From contig CAJKUC010000004.1 in assembly GCA_905203015.1 (NCBI GenBank), forward strand, positions 8,535 through 72,534: a DNA stretch of 64,000 nt, in the 5' to 3' direction. The notes beneath the pieces were generated by a model that saw only the letters and a list, made by a program, of their open reading frames with translations, searched no databases and was not told the origin of the DNA. Position 1 is the stretch's first letter; the number at the start of each line of letters is the position of its first letter. Of this stretch, positions 19,235 to 28,152 are shown in pieces. Position numbers and translations under genes: made by a program. The DNA comes from an uncultured Christensenella sp. GTDB taxonomy: Bacteria > Bacillota > Clostridia > Christensenellales > Borkfalkiaceae.

Positions 19235-20618
19235 AGAATACAAAACGATCCGCGAAGTGGTGGGGCCGCTGATGGTGGTGGACGGCGTTGCGGGAGTGAC
19301 GTACAACGAACTTGTGGAGATCGTGAATACGGACGGCGAAACGCGGTTGGGAAAAGTGCTGGAAGTATCGGGCGATAAAGCCGTTGTGCAACTTTTCGAG
19401 AATTCGCAGGGCTTGCAGATTTCCGGCGCGAAAGCGCGCTTTCTGGGGCATGCGCAAAGGCTTGCCGTTTCCCGCGATATGCTCGGGCGCGTGTTCGACG
19501 GCATGGGCAATCCCCGCGACGGCGGCGAAAGCGTGATTCCCGATAAATGGATGGATATCAACGGCGAGCCGATCAATCCCGCCGCGCGCGATTATCCGAA
19601 CGAATTCATCGAAACGGGCATATCCGCGATCGACGGACTCAATACGCTTGTACGCGGACAGAAATTGCCCGTATTTTCCATGAGCGGCTTGCCGCATGCG
19701 GAACTTGCCGCGCAGATAGCGCGTCAGGCGAAGGTGAAAAACGGCGGAAATTTCGCCGTGGTGTTCGCCGCGATCGGCATCACTTTTGAAGAAGCGCAAT
19801 ATTTCGTGGACGATTTCAAGCGCACGGGCGCGATCGAAAGAACGGTGCTGTTCACGAACCTTGCGAACGATCCCGCCGTGGAACGTATCGCTACGCCGCG
19901 TATGGCGCTCACCTGTGCGGAATATCTCGCATTCGAGTGCGGTATGCACGTGCTTGTGATTATGACGGACATCACGAATTACGCGGAAGCGTTGCGCGAA
20001 GTATCCGCCGCGCGCCGCGAAGTGCCCGGGCGGCGCGGCTATCCCGGGTATCTCTACACCGATCTCGCTTCGTTATACGAACGCGCGGGGCGGATCAGAG
20101 GCAAGGTAGGATCGATCACGCAGATTCCCATTCTTACGATGCCTGAAGACGATAAAACGCACCCGATTCCCGATCTTACGGGCTATATCACGGAGGGGCA
20201 GATTATCCTTTCGCGCGAATTATACAAAAAGGGAATCACGCCGCCGATCGACGTTCTGCCTTCTCTTTCGAGATTGAAGGATAAAGGGATCGGCAAGGGG
20301 AAAACGCGGGAAGATCACGCGGACACGATGAACCAACTTTTTGCGGCGTACGCGCGGGGCAAAGAATGTAAGGAACTTTCCGCGATCCTCGGCGAAGCGG
20401 CACTTTCCGATACGGATAAGTTGTATGCGAAATTCGCGGAAGAATTTGAGAAACGCTACGTGTCGCAAGGCTTCACCACGGCGAGGAGCATCGAGGAAAC
20501 GTTGGATATCGGCTGGGAACTTCTGAAAATTCTGCCCGTAGGCGAATTGAAGCGTATCCGCGAAGAATATATCGAAAAGTATCTGAAAAAAGAAACGGAC
20601 GAAGCGGCGGCAAACTGA
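19227..20618 (+). CDS. ntpB: V-type ATP synthase subunit B
   Basis: 463 aa, overlaps the A subunit by 8 nt. Confidence 0.95.
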   Translation: MFKEYKTIREVVGPLMVVDGVAGVTYNELVEIVNTDGETRLGKVLEVSGDKAVVQLFENSQGLQISGAKARFLGHAQRLAVSRDMLGRVFDGMGNPRDGGESVIPDKWMDINGEPINPAARDYPNEFIETGISAIDGLNTLVRGQKLPVFSMSGLPHAELAAQIARQAKVKNGGNFAVVFAAIGITFEEAQYFVDDFKRTGAIERTVLFTNLANDPAVERIATPRMALTCAEYLAFECGMHVLVIMTDITNYAEALREVSAARREVPGRRGYPGYLYTDLASLYERAGRIRGKVGSITQIPILTMPEDDKTHPIPDLTGYITEGQIILSRELYKKGITPPIDVLPSLSRLKDKGIGKGKTREDHADTMNQLFAAYARGKECKELSAILGEAALSDTDKLYAKFAEEFEKRYVSQGFTTARSIEETLDIGWELLKILPVGELKRIREEYIEKYLKKETDEAAAN

Positions 20619-20691
20619 GCCGCCGATCGGAAGCCGTTGTGCGGCGGAATCCGTCGGATGAGGGAATCCGCTTGGAAAAGGTGCGATAAAA

Positions 20692-21318
20692 ATGGCAAGG
20701 CTGAACGTAAACCCCACGAGAATGGAGTTGAAAAAACTGAAAGCACGGCTTTCTACGGCGGTGCGCGGGCATAAACTGCTGAAAGACAAGTCGGATGAAA
20801 TGATCCGTCGTTTTTCGGAAATTATCCGCGAGAACAAACGTCTGAGGGAAGAAGTGGAAGAAGAGATCGCCGCAACGTTGAAACGGTTTTCTCTGGCGCG
20901 TTCTTTAACGCCGTCGTATGTGGCGGAAACGGCGTTTTCTATGCCTGCCGTGGCAGTGCAGGTGGATTGCTCTACGGAGAGCATTATGGGCGTGGACGTG
21001 CCGAAAGCGACGGTTGCCGTAGGGCAGAACGAAGAAGGCGCGGGCGTGCCGTATGCCTTTTCCGAAATCACGGGAGAGGCGGACGAGGCGGTGCGCGCGG
21101 CGTACAGGTTGCTGCCTAAAATGATCCGCCTGGCGGAAACGGAAAAGACGGTGCGTATGCTGGCGGACGAAATAGAGCGCAACAAACGGCGCGTGAACGC
21201 CCTCGAATACGTGATGATTCCGCAACTCAACGAAACGATCAAGTATATCAAAGACAAACTGGACGAAAACGAACGCGCAAGTATCGTGCGTCTGATGAAA
21301 GTGAAAAGTAAAGCGTAA
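20692..21318 (+). CDS. ntpD: V-type ATP synthase subunit D
   Basis: 208 aa, 'MARLNVNPTRMELKKLKARL'. Confidence 0.9.
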   Translation: MARLNVNPTRMELKKLKARLSTAVRGHKLLKDKSDEMIRRFSEIIRENKRLREEVEEEIAATLKRFSLARSLTPSYVAETAFSMPAVAVQVDCSTESIMGVDVPKATVAVGQNEEGAGVPYAFSEITGEADEAVRAAYRLLPKMIRLAETEKTVRMLADEIERNKRRVNALEYVMIPQLNETIKYIKDKLDENERASIVRLMKVKSKA

Positions 21319-21341
21319 TTTTAAATACGCTTTATTTTTTT
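21311..21341 (+). terminator. rho-independent terminator of the V-ATPase operon
   Basis: aagcgta-attttaaa-tacgctt followed by tattttttt. It overlaps the ntpD stop codon. Confidence 0.65.
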
Positions 21342-21463
21342 GCGCAATTCACAAAATTTATCGGAAACGGCGGGGAAAAAGCCGAAAAAGAGAAGCGCGG
21401 AAGAGAATCGGGAAAAAAAGGATGAAAATAGAAAAAATTCTTGAAAAGAGCGATAAAAAACGA

Positions 21464-21492
21464 TTGACAAACGATAAAAGAAAAGGTATAAT
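21464..21492 (+). promoter_or_regulatory. consensus sigma70 promoter for the tRNA
   Basis: TTGACA, 17-nt spacer, TATAAT, ending 12 nt before the tRNA 5' end. Confidence 0.65.
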
Positions 21493-21504
21493 GATTGAGC
21501 ACTT

Positions 21505-21580
21505 GGGGATATGGCTCAGTTGGTAGAGCGCCTCGTTCGCAACGAGGAGGTCACGAGTTCGACTCTCGTTATCTCCACCA
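21505..21580 (+). tRNA. tRNA-Ala (anticodon CGC)
   Basis: Cloverleaf folded by hand: acceptor ggggata/tatctcc with the G3:U70 Ala identity pair, D-arm gctc/gagc, anticodon stem cctcg/cgagg with loop ttCGCaa, T-arm acgag/ctcgt, and encoded CCA. Confidence 0.85.
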
Positions 21581-21588
21581 GACGAAGA

Positions 21589-21631
21589 CCCGAAACGAAC
21601 TTTTGATGTGAAGCGAGTTTCGGGTTTTTTT
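21589..21631 (+). terminator. rho-independent terminator after the tRNA
   Basis: cccgaaac...gtttcggg followed by ttttttt. Confidence 0.7.
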
Positions 21632-21654
21632 ACTGTATCCGAACGGGAGAATTT

Positions 21655-22104
21655 ATGAGAAAGACAATCAGACGAATTTGTAGTTTAGTAGGAAGCCTAA
21701 TTCTTATGTTTTGTATGTGTTTCAGTCTTGTCGGGTGTGGCGATAAAGAAAAAAAATACGACGTAAGCATCAAAATAAGAAATAGCGAAGGCTCTACATG
21801 GATTTTTACTCCGGACGTGGACGAATTGAAATACGAATTTGAATACACCGGAGAAGAGATGAGATTTTGGATTGATTCGTGGAATCTTCCTGATCATCCG
21901 CGTTGGAGTAATGAATGGTTTGAGCCGAATACCAGCGGGGCAAACGTGTTTCATGCGGATTATGGAAAAATTGGACAAATGTATTATGAAGAAGACCCTA
22001 AATTTATTTGTGAACGCGGAGAATATTATTATCGTGTTTACGCTGATTCTACATCTGATTTATGGAATTCAAGAAGGGTATTTTTATATATAACAGTTAT
22101 TTAA
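21655..22104 (+). CDS. hypothetical lipoprotein in an AT-rich islet
   Basis: Signal peptide with the lipobox 'LVGC'. GC content is visibly lower than in flanking DNA. Confidence 0.55.
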   Translation: MRKTIRRICSLVGSLILMFCMCFSLVGCGDKEKKYDVSIKIRNSEGSTWIFTPDVDELKYEFEYTGEEMRFWIDSWNLPDHPRWSNEWFEPNTSGANVFHADYGKIGQMYYEEDPKFICERGEYYYRVYADSTSDLWNSRRVFLYITVI

Positions 22105-22116
22105 TATAGGAGAGAA

Positions 22117-22403
22117 ATGCACTTTAAATGATATAAAAGAATTATAACGTTCAAAGTAATGTACAAAGGCAAAGGCTTGATTCGGTAGTCGATAATTATC
22201 ACGTTGTCAATCTTATTCAAAATAACGGCGATACTATTATCGAAGTAGTTGATGATAATCTCGGTAAATCAAATAATGCTAATCGTATTACGTTTGTAAA
22301 AACAAATAGCGGCTATGAATTTTTCGGCGTTTATAAAATCGTTGAAAACGGTACAACCCGGCGATATCAACGAATTTCCGATAATTATCCGATAAAATTA
22401 TAA
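22117..22403 (+). pseudogene. degraded ORF (RBS+ATG followed by a stop after 4 codons, then an 88-codon open frame with no start codon)
   Basis: ggagag+ATG at 22117 gives MHFK*. Frame 0 is open 22137-22403 ('NYNVQSNVQRQRLDSVVDNYHVVNLIQNNGDTIIEVVDDNLGKS...') with no ATG/GTG/TTG. Confidence 0.35.
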
Positions 22404-22455
22404 TGAAAATACGGATCAGTAAAAGAAAATGCACGGAACGGAAAAAGGGAAATTT

Positions 22456-23118
22456 ATGAAATTTTCAATCGAATTCGACGGCAGATATAAAGGCAAAGTA
22501 AAAGATGCGCTTAAACAGAAAGTCTCCTCGTTCTTCTGGACGTTTTTTATCGGTTTATTGGTGACGGCGGCGGGGTTTTATACGTCTACCTTATCGTTTT
22601 ACCGCGTAATCACGCCCGTTGAAAGAGCGTTCGGCATTGCGGTGATGGTGGGAGGAATCGCGCTTATTATCGCGTCGCCGTTCGTAGGGATTTTCAAAGG
22701 ATTCAATCGCGGGTTCAAAGGGAAAATGCATTTTTTCTTCGAGAAAAAGGACGGCGAAGAAGAATGGAATTATATTCTTTCCGCAACGAAAAACGGCGTA
22801 TGGTATGAAGAGTACGGCAAAGTATCGTTAATCGATATAAAGGGCAATATCGCTTCGCTCAGAACGGATAAGGCGAAAGATTATTACATACCGCTTCGCG
22901 CGCTTACCGACGAAGAACGGCACAATCTTGCGGTGACGGAAAAAGAAGTGCGCGATTACAGAATAGAAGAGACGAGAAAATGCCGGGAAGCCGCGCGCAC
23001 GAAAAACCGCGGCAATTCCGCCGACGGGAAAAACGACAAAAAAAGCGTGAAAAACGAAGAAAACGGGAAAAGCGGAAAAGCCGACAATGCACAAGGCGGC
23101 GACGGACAGAGAGGCTAA
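22456..23118 (+). CDS. YcxB-like membrane protein (two transmembrane helices plus a C-terminal YcxB-type domain, K/E-rich tail)
   Basis: Two hydrophobic helices followed by 'HFFFEKKDGEEEWNYILSATKNGVWYEEYGKVSLI...YYIPLRAL'. Confidence 0.5.
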   Translation: MKFSIEFDGRYKGKVKDALKQKVSSFFWTFFIGLLVTAAGFYTSTLSFYRVITPVERAFGIAVMVGGIALIIASPFVGIFKGFNRGFKGKMHFFFEKKDGEEEWNYILSATKNGVWYEEYGKVSLIDIKGNIASLRTDKAKDYYIPLRALTDEERHNLAVTEKEVRDYRIEETRKCREAARTKNRGNSADGKNDKKSVKNEENGKSGKADNAQGGDGQRG

Positions 23119-24236
23119 GAACGGCGGAGCAGGCGGCGCACTTTATTGATGTGCCGCTCGAACGAGCCGTCGTTTAAAAGGCGCGCGAGAACGTATTGCT
23201 CGAACAGCGGCACGGGGCAGGAATAGAACCCGAGCCGCTGTTCGTATTCTTCGGCAAGGCGCGGCGGAAGCAGCATATAGGCGATTCTGAGCGCGGGTGA
23301 AAGGGTTTTCGAGAAAGTGTTCAGATACAGCACCCTGCCTTCTTTGTCTGCGCCGAAAAGCGTTTCTGTGGGCTTTACGACTAACGAAAATTCCGAACGG
23401 TAATCGTCTTCCACGATATATCCATCCGTTTTTTGCGCGTGCCGCAGATATTCGGCTTTTTTCGTTGCGCCTGCCGTGGCGAGGGTGGGAAAACTGCGAT
23501 AAGGCGTTACGTGCAGCACGTTCGCGTCCGTTGCGTTCAGCGCTTTTGAAGATATGCCGTCGTTTCCGAGCGGCAGCAGGCGGAGCGGCACGCCTTTCGC
23601 CGCGTACGTTTTTTCGATTTGTCCGTACGACGGAGATTCTATGCCGTAGATTTTATCTCCGCCGAGAAGTTCCGTGATGATTCCGTATAAATATTCCGCG
23701 CCCGCGCCGAAAACAATCTGCGATTCGCAAATTTCCATGCCGCGGCTGCGCGAAAGATAATTTTTCAAAGCGCGTTTCAGTTCGTCGGAGCCGCCGCGCG
23801 GCGGTTTTTGCAGAAGCGTATCGCCGTAATCGGCAAGCACCGCCCGCGCCGCTTTCGCGTAGGAAGAAAACGGAAAGGGAAAATCCGCCGACGTTTCCGT
23901 AAAAGCGGCGTTTTCTCGAGTGTCGGCGGAGTTCGCGAAATCCTCCGCATGGAGCCGGAGCGGCGCGGAAGAGCCCGTAGGGGCGGAAGGGGAGACGGCG
24001 CGCGTAACGGCGTCGAAAATTCCCGATCCCGCATAGGCGACGAAACAGCCGCTACGTTCTCTGGAATCGATATACCCTTCGCTGCGGAGAATATCGAGCG
24101 CGGTTTCCGCCGTAACGACGGATACGCCGTTTTCTTCCGCAAGGGTGCGTTTTGAGGGCAGTTTCCCGCCGTAGGGCAGGGCTCCCGTCACGATTTCGCG
24201 TTTGATTTTTTCGTATAAGACGTCGTATTTTTTCAT
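23115..24236 (-). CDS. MocR/GabR-family transcriptional regulator (GntR HTH fused to an aminotransferase-like domain)
   Basis: N-terminus 'MKKYDVLYEKIKREIVTGALPYGGKLPSKRTLAEENGVSVVTAETALDIL' is a GntR HTH. C-terminus 'YLNTFSKTLSPALRIAYMLLP' is the PLP-lysine region of fold-type-I aminotransferases. Confidence 0.8.
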   Translation of the reverse strand: MKKYDVLYEKIKREIVTGALPYGGKLPSKRTLAEENGVSVVTAETALDILRSEGYIDSRERSGCFVAYAGSGIFDAVTRAVSPSAPTGSSAPLRLHAEDFANSADTRENAAFTETSADFPFPFSSYAKAARAVLADYGDTLLQKPPRGGSDELKRALKNYLSRSRGMEICESQIVFGAGAEYLYGIITELLGGDKIYGIESPSYGQIEKTYAAKGVPLRLLPLGNDGISSKALNATDANVLHVTPYRSFPTLATAGATKKAEYLRHAQKTDGYIVEDDYRSEFSLVVKPTETLFGADKEGRVLYLNTFSKTLSPALRIAYMLLPPRLAEEYEQRLGFYSCPVPLFEQYVLARLLNDGSFERHINKVRRLLRRS

Positions 24237-24318
24237 GGGCTGTTTTTTTGTGCCGCGCGTTATGTCTCTTCCGGCAGCGGTTACGCCGTAACGGCATATC
24301 GGCGGCGTGGGGGTGCTT

Positions 24319-24382
24319 AAAACTGGTATTATAAAATAAATAAAAACTGGATATTTTAATAATATCAAATAAAGTATATAAT
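24319..24382 (+). promoter_or_regulatory. divergent control region with direct repeats AAAACTGGTATT / AAAACTGGATATT (24 bp apart) and a TATAAT -10 for the ECF S-component gene
   Basis: Repeats at 24319-24330 and 24343-24355. TATAAT at 24377-24382. MocR regulators bind direct repeats. Confidence 0.4.
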
Positions 24383-24555
24383 GATATTATCCGAATGTCA
24401 AGCGGAATGACGGAACGTCGGCTTGTTTTTCGGGATGATTGTTTTGCAAGAGGCTTGTTTTTCGGAAGATCTGTCGATAACGGCAGGAATACGGAAAAAG
24501 GCAAAACGAAAAAGCCGACTGTGAAAAACGGCGGCAAAAAAGGAGACGGCAAGAG

Positions 24556-25260
24556 ATGGTTTCGGCAAAGAAAATATGTTACATAGCGGTGCTTACGGCG
24601 TTGACGGTGGTGCTTTCCTCGTTTTCGATCCCCGTTCCCGGCGGGCATCTGTATCTGAACGACACGGTGATCTGTTTCGCCGCGCTGGCGTTCGATCCTT
24701 TTTCGGCGTTTATCGTGGGGGGCATAGGCGCGTTTCTCGGCGATTTCTTCTTTTATCCTGCGCCGATGTTCGTTTCGCTTGCCGCGCACGGATTGCAGGC
24801 GATTGCGATTTCTCTGATTGCGGGCGGAATGAGAAAATTTTCCGATAACGGCGAGGGAAAGGACGGGCTTAAAAATAAGAACGTGCCGCCCTTTTGGAGG
24901 GTGATTCTCGCGTTGCTTACGGGTGCGGTGATCATGGTGACGGGCTACACGCTGGGCAGAGTGTACGTGTACGGCGCGAAAACCTGGGAGGCTTCTCTTC
25001 TGAAACTGCCTTTCGAGATTTTGCAGGCGGATTTCGGCGTGGTGGCGGCGCCGCTTCTGATGTATTTCACACCTTTGAAATCGCTCTTTTATGTGAAGAA
25101 AGAAAAGAAAACGGAAAAACAGGCGGAAGCAGACAAAGCGGGTGAGAAAAGCAAAACGGATGCCGACGAGGGGCATACCGAAACGGACAAAGAGACCTTC
25201 AGACAGGACAAAGATTATACCGAAGCGAACAAGGAACAAAGCGGCGGAACGGAGAATTAA
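24556..25260 (+). CDS. ECF-transporter substrate-specific (S) component, possibly for a B6 vitamer given the divergent MocR regulator
   Basis: 6-TM protein, 'HLYLNDTVICFAALAFDP', acidic C-terminal tail, RBS aaggag. Confidence 0.6.
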   Translation: MVSAKKICYIAVLTALTVVLSSFSIPVPGGHLYLNDTVICFAALAFDPFSAFIVGGIGAFLGDFFFYPAPMFVSLAAHGLQAIAISLIAGGMRKFSDNGEGKDGLKNKNVPPFWRVILALLTGAVIMVTGYTLGRVYVYGAKTWEASLLKLPFEILQADFGVVAAPLLMYFTPLKSLFYVKKEKKTEKQAEADKAGEKSKTDADEGHTETDKETFRQDKDYTEANKEQSGGTEN

Positions 25261-25545
25261 AACGCGGAACCTACGGCGTTATCGGCGCGGAGAGGTAAGG
25301 GCATGGATCGGATTCCGCGCCGGGCTTCGCAGACGTGCGAAAAAAACGGGCGTTGCAATACATATCCCGGGTAAGACGGGCGGCATTGCGTGAAAAACGC
25401 GGTCGCTCGTTTTTTTCGTTCTTCCATTTTTAATTCGTTTGTTTTCAGGCGGTTTGTTTTTGTTCCGTCGGGATTTCCGAAAATTGTCCTCCCGATAAAA
25501 ATCGATAAAAATTTAAAAAATTTTTCTTTTTTTTCGTTCAAACGC

Positions 25546-25576
25546 TTGACTTAAACTTAACTTTAAGTGTTATGCT
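25546..25576 (+). promoter_or_regulatory. promoter of the alcohol dehydrogenase gene (TTGACT...TGtTATGCT) with an AT-rich UP-like region
   Basis: It shares an identical 17-mer tcgttcaaacgcttgac and an upstream aaatcga(t)aaaaatt(t)aaaaaa tract with the rpsJ promoter. Confidence 0.45.
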
Positions 25577-25728
25577 TTAAACGGAACGCCGAAAACGGCG
25601 GAATTTTGCCTGCGGCGGAAAGATCCGGCGGATCGCTACGGGAGATAAGAACGGCGATAAAAAGAGCGATAAGACGGAACGATAAAATACCGCGGGAAAA
25701 AATAAAACAGGGAAAAGGAGAAAAAATC

Positions 25729-26895
25729 ATGTTAGGAAATTTCACTTATTGCAATCCCACGAAATTATATTTCGGAAAAAACGCGCTTGACGGATTGAAC
25801 GAAGAATTGCCGAAATACGGGAAGAACGTATTGCTTGCCTATGGCGGCGGTTCGATCAAGAGAAACGGCATTTACGATAAAATCGTGGAAATACTGAAAA
25901 AGAACGGAAAGACGATCATCGAAGACGGCGGAGTGATGCCTAACCCCACCACCGAAAAATTATACGAAGGGATTTCCCGCGCAAGAGAGGGAAAGGCCGA
26001 TTTTATCCTTGCCGTGGGCGGTGGTTCCGTTTGCGATTACGCGAAGGCGGTATCCGTTTCCGTGAATTGCAAAGAAGATCCATGGGATAAGTATTATCTG
26101 CGTTTTGAAGAGCCCGATTGTGCGGTGCTGCCCGTAGGCTGCGTGCTTACGATGGTGGGTACGGGCAGCGAAATGAACGGCGGATCGGTGATCACGAATC
26201 ACGCGCAAAAACTGAAAATCGGGCATGTTTTCAAGGAAAACGTATTTCCGAAATTTTCCGTGCTGAATCCCGAATTCACCTACACGTTGCCGAAATATCA
26301 GATGATTTCGGGAATTTACGATATTATGTCGCATATCCTCGAACAATATTTTTCGGGAACCGACGACAACACGAGCGATTACGTGATGGAAGGGTTGCTT
26401 CGGTCCTTGATTCACAGCGCGGATATCGCCGTGGAAAATCCGCTGGATTACGAGGCGCGCAGCAATATCATGTGGACGGCTACGTGGGCGTTGAACACGT
26501 TTGTGGCGCAGGGAAAAGCCACGGACTGGGAAGTGCATATGCTGGGGCAGGCCGTGGGCGCGCATACGAACGCCACGCACGGCATGACTCTTGCCGCCGT
26601 ATCCTTGCCCTATTATCGCTATATTCTGCCGTACGGGCTTGCAAAATTCGCCCGCTATGCCGCAAACGTATGGGGCGTGGATAAAAACGGCAAAACGGAA
26701 AAAGAGACTGCGGAAGAAGGGCTTTGCAGAATGGAAGCGTGGATGAAGAAAATCGGGCTGGTGATGAATCTCGCCGATCTCGGCGTTACGGAAGACATGC
26801 TTGACGGAATCACGGAAAGCACGCTGATCATGCAGGGCGGCTATAAAGTGCTGGATAAAAAAGAAATCCGCGCGATTTTAAAGGCGAGTCTGTAA
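25729..26895 (+). CDS. iron-containing alcohol dehydrogenase (NADH-dependent butanol dehydrogenase family)
   Basis: 'LAYGGGSIKRNG', 'ILAVGGGSVCDYAKA', His-rich metal site. RBS aaggag. Confidence 0.85.
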   Translation: MLGNFTYCNPTKLYFGKNALDGLNEELPKYGKNVLLAYGGGSIKRNGIYDKIVEILKKNGKTIIEDGGVMPNPTTEKLYEGISRAREGKADFILAVGGGSVCDYAKAVSVSVNCKEDPWDKYYLRFEEPDCAVLPVGCVLTMVGTGSEMNGGSVITNHAQKLKIGHVFKENVFPKFSVLNPEFTYTLPKYQMISGIYDIMSHILEQYFSGTDDNTSDYVMEGLLRSLIHSADIAVENPLDYEARSNIMWTATWALNTFVAQGKATDWEVHMLGQAVGAHTNATHGMTLAAVSLPYYRYILPYGLAKFARYAANVWGVDKNGKTEKETAEEGLCRMEAWMKKIGLVMNLADLGVTEDMLDGITESTLIMQGGYKVLDKKEIRAILKASL

Positions 26896-26931
26896 TTTTT
26901 GCGGAAAAAAGCGGATAAGGAGAAACGAAAT

Positions 26932-27072
26932 ATGAATAAAAAAGTGTTTATCGTATCGTCTACGCCGAGAAAGAACGGCAATTCCGAGATACCGGCGGAA
27001 GAATTCGCTCGCGGGGCTGCGGAAAGTGCGGCATGCGGCGAAATGATGCCGACGGTATATAAAGTCGTATAA
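26932..27072 (+). pseudogene. 46-codon N-terminal fragment of an NADPH-dependent FMN reductase / flavodoxin-like oxidoreductase
   Basis: 'MNKKVFIVSSTPRKNGNSEIPAEEFARGA...' is the canonical N-terminus of this family but stops after 46 codons. RBS aaggag. Terminator at 27087-27124. Confidence 0.5.
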
Positions 27073-27086
27073 AAGAATATGAAAAA

Positions 27087-27124
27087 AGCGGCGCGCGGGG
27101 ATCTTCCCGCGTGCCGCTTTTCGT
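27087..27124 (+). terminator. rho-independent terminator (possibly bidirectional)
   Basis: agcggcgcgcggg...cccgcgtgccgct followed by tttcg. Confidence 0.55.
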
Positions 27125-27136
27125 ATAGGATTTTTA

Positions 27137-27466
27137 TTAAAAACGATAGCCGTTATATTCTCGTATGTGAATTTGATATGATCCGTTAAGATTGCACTCA
27201 ACGTCTGCACAAAACTGTTCTACTGTCTCGCCGATATTAGGTCCTAACCGGATATCGCCGTCGCTGTCTGCTCTATTGCCGCAGCAACCGTGATACGAGA
27301 AATTGAGAAATCCGTCATATATCGGATCGGGTTTTATATCAAAAAGCAAAGTGGTTTGCGATCCTGTCCAACATTCCTTTTTATAGGGGACGCGGAATCC
27401 CATTTTTGCCACTATCGAATACAAAGGTTTTCCGGCAAGATCCGTTCCGCGCTCAAAAAGTTTCAT
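27137..27466 (-). CDS. hypothetical protein (109 aa, Cys-containing), translationally coupled to the upstream small ORF
   Basis: The start ATG overlaps the upstream stop (TGATG). AT-rich islet. No recognisable family. Confidence 0.4.
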   Translation of the reverse strand: MKLFERGTDLAGKPLYSIVAKMGFRVPYKKECWTGSQTTLLFDIKPDPIYDGFLNFSYHGCCGNRADSDGDIRLGPNIGETVEQFCADVECNLNGSYQIHIREYNGYRF

Positions 27467-27651
27467 CAAAATATAGATTTGAATCGGGAATTTTTTTCTG
27501 CGATACCTGCAACAGCGAGATTAAATGTATAAGTTGCCTCAAACATACTATCGCAGTAGAACCCGTCGATTTTTCCTTTTTGGGGGAAATATTTTTTGTA
27601 ACATGAAACAATATAATCGTAAATATTTTTCTGATATGTTTGTAAAGACAT
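27466..27651 (-). CDS. hypothetical small protein (61 aa), first gene of the coupled pair
   Basis: M...stop ORF in the AT-rich islet, same strand as araC upstream. Confidence 0.35.
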   Translation of the reverse strand: MSLQTYQKNIYDYIVSCYKKYFPQKGKIDGFYCDSMFEATYTFNLAVAGIAEKNSRFKSIF

Positions 27652-27731
27652 CTGAGCGGATCTCCTTTTAAGGCTATATGAGGGTATGACAGGGCTATAA
27701 GAAACGTTATTTTATGTTATTTTCCAATATT

Positions 27732-28088
27732 TTACAAGTTTCTTGTGTTTGATTCGATGTCGTAAGTGTTTTCTAAAATATATTTCGTATTAGTATCAAT
27801 ACTCGATGTATCGATGCTGATTGAAGACAGATTTTCGTCAATCGAAGATAATATTTCAAGTGAAGACAATTTTTCGAGTATCTGTTCCAGTAATTCAACG
27901 ATTTCTTCGTCTCTGTTTTCATCTGTAAAGGGGAAAGATAGTTCGTTAAAAAAGCCCTCGTTTTTCGTTACATCGGAGTTTATTTTTTTATGTGCCAGAA
28001 AGTCCGCTTATTTGCCGAGTTCTTCAAAATCGTTGTCGGCGAAAGGATCGTAGATTTTGCCCGCAAGCATTTTTTCGCTTTCCGTCAT
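27732..28088 (-). pseudogene. disrupted ORF: the 26 aa match a maltose/galactoside O-acetyltransferase N-terminus, then an in-frame TAA, then 92 further open codons of unrelated low-complexity sequence
   Basis: RBS aaggag plus ATG at 28088. 'MTESEKMLAGKIYDPFADNDFEELGK*' resembles the E. coli Maa N-terminus (MSTEKEKMIAGELYRSAD...), but no hexapeptide-repeat body follows. Confidence 0.4.
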
Positions 28089-28152
28089 ATGGGTACTCCT
28101 TTTGTGTATAAAGCAGGTTTCATTAAAATATGAGTTTTTTAAGAAATTAAAT

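Noticed and set aside
20220-21257. 345-aa minus-strand ORF
   Set aside because: Antisense of V-ATPase subunits B and D.
27766-28053. 95-aa + strand Ser-rich ORF
   Set aside because: Opposite strand of the disrupted maa-like frame. Low complexity, no RBS.
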